DNA of 64,000 bases from a virus. Its lineage: Duplodnaviria > Heunggongvirae > Uroviricota > Caudoviricetes. A program made the translations under genes and the position numbers. A model generated the notes under the pieces. It saw only the letters and a list, made by a program, of their open reading frames with translations. It did not search any database and had not been told where the DNA came from. Each line of letters starts with the position of its first letter. Within the stretch, counting starts at the first letter, position 1. Positions 61,535-64,000 of the stretch are shown here, one piece after another. Location: positions 38,750-102,749 of the IMG/VR virus record IMGVR_UViG_2833096052_000002; one strand, written 5' to 3'.

Positions 61535-62515
61535 TTAAATTGCCTTCTTTCTTGTTACTTTTTTCTTTGTTGCTGTAAATGGACTTTCCATTTCGTAACG
61601 TACAATTTCTGACAGATAATCAAAAATCTGTGCCTGTGTTTTATCCATGATATTTTCAACAAAGTATTCAGTTCCCTTACAATGCTTAAGTAAGGCTGCT
61701 TCCATTTCGTCTGTTCTTCCTTCACAATATGCATATAATGCTTTTAGAGCACGAATAATTTTTGCAGTATATGCCTTACCATTATAGGAATCTGCATATC
61801 CGTTCCAACCAAGCTTTCCAAGCAGAGCAAGCATTGAATCAAAAAGTTCAGGATTTGTCTTTGACAACTTTACTCCATCAGAAATAGATGTAAGCGTTCC
61901 TACTGTGTTTTCATTATCATCATCTCCTTTTACTGCAACATTATTTTTGTGACAAATTTCCTGTAATTTCACATAATCTCCCTTACCGCCTGCAATAGCA
62001 GCCTTGTAAATATCCATAGGTTGCATTTTTGCTCTATCCTGTGACTGGTTAATAAACAGATCAATCGCTTCTTCAAGACTGCATTCCATGATTTCAACAA
62101 CGACAGAATCCATTTTTGCTTTGAATGCTCCATAAATTCTGTGCTGACCATCAATAACCCATAATCTTCCTTTGTAAAATAATACCTTCGGAACATCCCA
62201 TTTATACTTGTTATATGTATTACCGATTGCATATGCTCTTGCAAGTTTTAATCTTCTCTGCCACTCTGGAATGTGAATGTACATTGGATCAACTACGATC
62301 TGAAGCTTATCTCCAATCATGGAGTTTCGCTTTGCATCCTTGATCATCCGTGAAATATAATCAGTTTCTAATTTGTCAGTAAATCCTTCGACATTCCGTA
62401 CTTCCTGCATTTCCATTTCTGCTTCTTTTGCTGTTAAATAAACTCTCTTACACATAATTGTGTCCTCCTTAATTAATATTTTTTTGTATAAAAATAACGG
62501 CTTGCCTTTTGACAA
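61535..62515 (-). CDS. ParB-like nuclease domain protein
   Basis: RLWVIDGQHRIYG = ParB/Srx DGQHR motif. Confidence 0.6.
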   Translation of the reverse strand: MSKGKPLFLYKKILIKEDTIMCKRVYLTAKEAEMEMQEVRNVEGFTDKLETDYISRMIKDAKRNSMIGDKLQIVVDPMYIHIPEWQRRLKLARAYAIGNTYNKYKWDVPKVLFYKGRLWVIDGQHRIYGAFKAKMDSVVVEIMECSLEEAIDLFINQSQDRAKMQPMDIYKAAIAGGKGDYVKLQEICHKNNVAVKGDDDNENTVGTLTSISDGVKLSKTNPELFDSMLALLGKLGWNGYADSYNGKAYTAKIIRALKALYAYCEGRTDEMEAALLKHCKGTEYFVENIMDKTQAQIFDYLSEIVRYEMESPFTATKKKVTRKKAI

Positions 62516-63256
62516 ACCGTTTAGTAACTAAATTATAGGCTCATTCAAGCCTAACTCTTTTCGGATTTCGCTTGTCCAGTAGCGAACATCCTCCAAATCT
62601 TCTCCATTCTCTATATCTGCGTCAAGATTAGTGAGTAAATAGTTTATTGTATCATTTGGCTCACCTTTCTCTTTACTTGACTGAAACTCGCATAAATAAT
62701 TATATGCGTTCTCAGCAATCTCGATTGGTACGAAACCGCCTTTCCAATTCATATTTGCATAGTCTGCTATGCAGTAAAAGTCTCTAAAATCTAACATATT
62801 AATCAACCTCCCTTCTGCCTGTAATAGTCAAAGTAAAATTCTGTCTTGCTACTACAGTTATTTTTGTATAACCTTTTCTTTTTAATGAACGGATTGCCTT
62901 CCGCTCGTTGTATATTGGAACGTTGAATAGTGTGTAACTCATGCTGCATCCTCCTTCAATAATACATATTCAAGATAATCAGTTTCCGTTGCGAATAACT
63001 GATACTTGCTTTCGCTTTTTAGCCATCCCATATAGCCGTTGGGTACAGTGTATCCTTTAATCATTTTTTTGCCTCCTTTACAGTAATGCGGATAATATCT
63101 CCGCAAAACTTTTATGTGGTTTGTTTCTTTGTTTTCTCTTTGCATAAAGCTCCTCTGCATAGCGCATATTCTCATATGCGATCTCTGCCTCTGGTCTTGT
63201 GTCTATAATCTCTGCTCCGTTGTACGCTCTGTATACTATTGCCTTTTGCATTTTAT

Positions 63257-63811
63257 TTATTCTCCCTTCTGTACGTAATCGAACCTTTCGATTACATCAT
63301 CTGTATAATTTGTCTCTGGGTTGTATATCAAATATGTCGTGACTGTATCTCCCTTTGTGCAATCAACATCTGCATATGAGATATAGTTATAATCTGAATC
63401 TGCGTTTTGAATTGCTCCGTTTTTCTCGTCATCAAGAACTTTACCCACGCATTTCTCTATGATTAATTTGCCTTGTCTGTTGGCAAGGACGTCTTCTGTA
63501 AGTTCAGAAGAGTCATAGACTTGACAGATATTGTCTGTTTCCGTTTCGCCATTGACAGTTGGCACGAAATCGTAACTATCAGTTGATGTGTTGATAGTCA
63601 GTTTATTTTTGATTACATAGTAATCTATTGATTGAATATCATTGACTGCTAAGTATTGTTTTGCGTTTGGTTTTGGCTCAACTGTCTTCTGTGTAGACAT
63701 TGTTTTGCCTATTAAAAAAGCACTCATTACGAGTGCTGATGTGGTGAGTATATATGCTATTTTGCGTTTCATGGTTCGCTTACCTCCTGTTTTTGGGCAT
63801 AAAAATAGCAC
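63257..63811 (-). CDS. secreted/lipoprotein-like protein
   Basis: internal start MKRKIAYILTTSALVMSAFLIG signal peptide. Confidence 0.45.
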   Translation of the reverse strand: MLFLCPKTGGKRTMKRKIAYILTTSALVMSAFLIGKTMSTQKTVEPKPNAKQYLAVNDIQSIDYYVIKNKLTINTSTDSYDFVPTVNGETETDNICQVYDSSELTEDVLANRQGKLIIEKCVGKVLDDEKNGAIQNADSDYNYISYADVDCTKGDTVTTYLIYNPETNYTDDVIERFDYVQKGE

Positions 63812-64000
63812 CCTTTGCGTTTGGGTGCTTGGTTGCGTTATATTTGACGCAGTTACATTTCGTAATTTGCGTCTATGATTTCTATTTGCTCATCATAATA
63901 TTTACGAGCTTCTGAACAACGGAGTTCATAGTTACTTCCGTTTGCAGGATAGCCTTCAGCTTCACACTGTTCGGCTATTTCTTTGCATTCTTTTCTGTAC

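Noticed and set aside
1-64000. Global TAG (amber) stop-codon reassignment, suggested by the in-frame TAG in dam and several TAG stops followed by in-frame downstream genes
   Set aside because: TAG cleanly terminates conserved full-length genes (TerD paralogs 1 and 2 end in TAG right after the conserved C-terminus, followed by TAGGAGGA ribosome-binding sites). Long ORFs otherwise read intact under the standard code. The in-frame continuation after TAG is explained by SD spacing constraints
1-64000. CRISPR arrays, retron/reverse transcriptase, rRNA
   Set aside because: No regularly spaced direct repeats, no YxDD RT motifs and no rRNA-like conserved stretches were seen on reading the sequence

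Overview
AT-rich, gene-dense 64-kb stretch whose content (integrase, Cro/CI-like repressors, a sigma factor, many tiny Zn-ribbon ORFs, tRNAs) points to a temperate phage or prophage of a low-GC host. Almost every gene lies on the minus strand. The one convincing plus-strand gene is a small Cro-like HTH at 37921..38130. The leftmost third holds a large NAD+/ADP-ribose metabolism island. In order on the minus strand it contains NadE, a NADAR protein, a Macro protein, a NAMPT-like enzyme, a PRPP-synthetase-like enzyme, an isochorismatase/PncA-like hydrolase, a zinc-ribbon Sir2, a CCA-adding enzyme and a Pol-beta-type nucleotidyltransferase. The NAMPT-like/PRS-like pair has the architecture of the recently described phage NAD+-reconstitution pathway NARP1. 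Next comes a membrane/Ca2+ module: a P-type Ca2+-ATPase, three TerD paralogs carrying the GDGDDE Ca2+-binding motif, a PspA-like coiled-coil membrane protein, a 685-aa protein with a possible TerD-like C-terminus, and an SPFH/band-7 protein. The middle carries a lysogeny module (tyrosine integrase, two HTH repressors, operator-like direct repeats) flanked by an apparently orphan MazF/PemK toxin, two distinct tRNA-Gln(UUG) genes and a truncated tRNA-like hairpin. Nearby are a DUF262 (GmrSD/DndB-type) protein and a sigma-70 family factor. The right third is a typical early-region array of about 40 very small ORFs, among them a Lar-like restriction-alleviation protein, a HicA-like toxin and a ParB-like nuclease-domain protein. 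Two coding anomalies stand out. A complete Dam methyltransferase is interrupted by a single in-frame TAG. Another gene needs a +1 shift at an A8 run. Coordinates derived by hand may be off by about 1 nt; ORF-track coordinates are used wherever possible.
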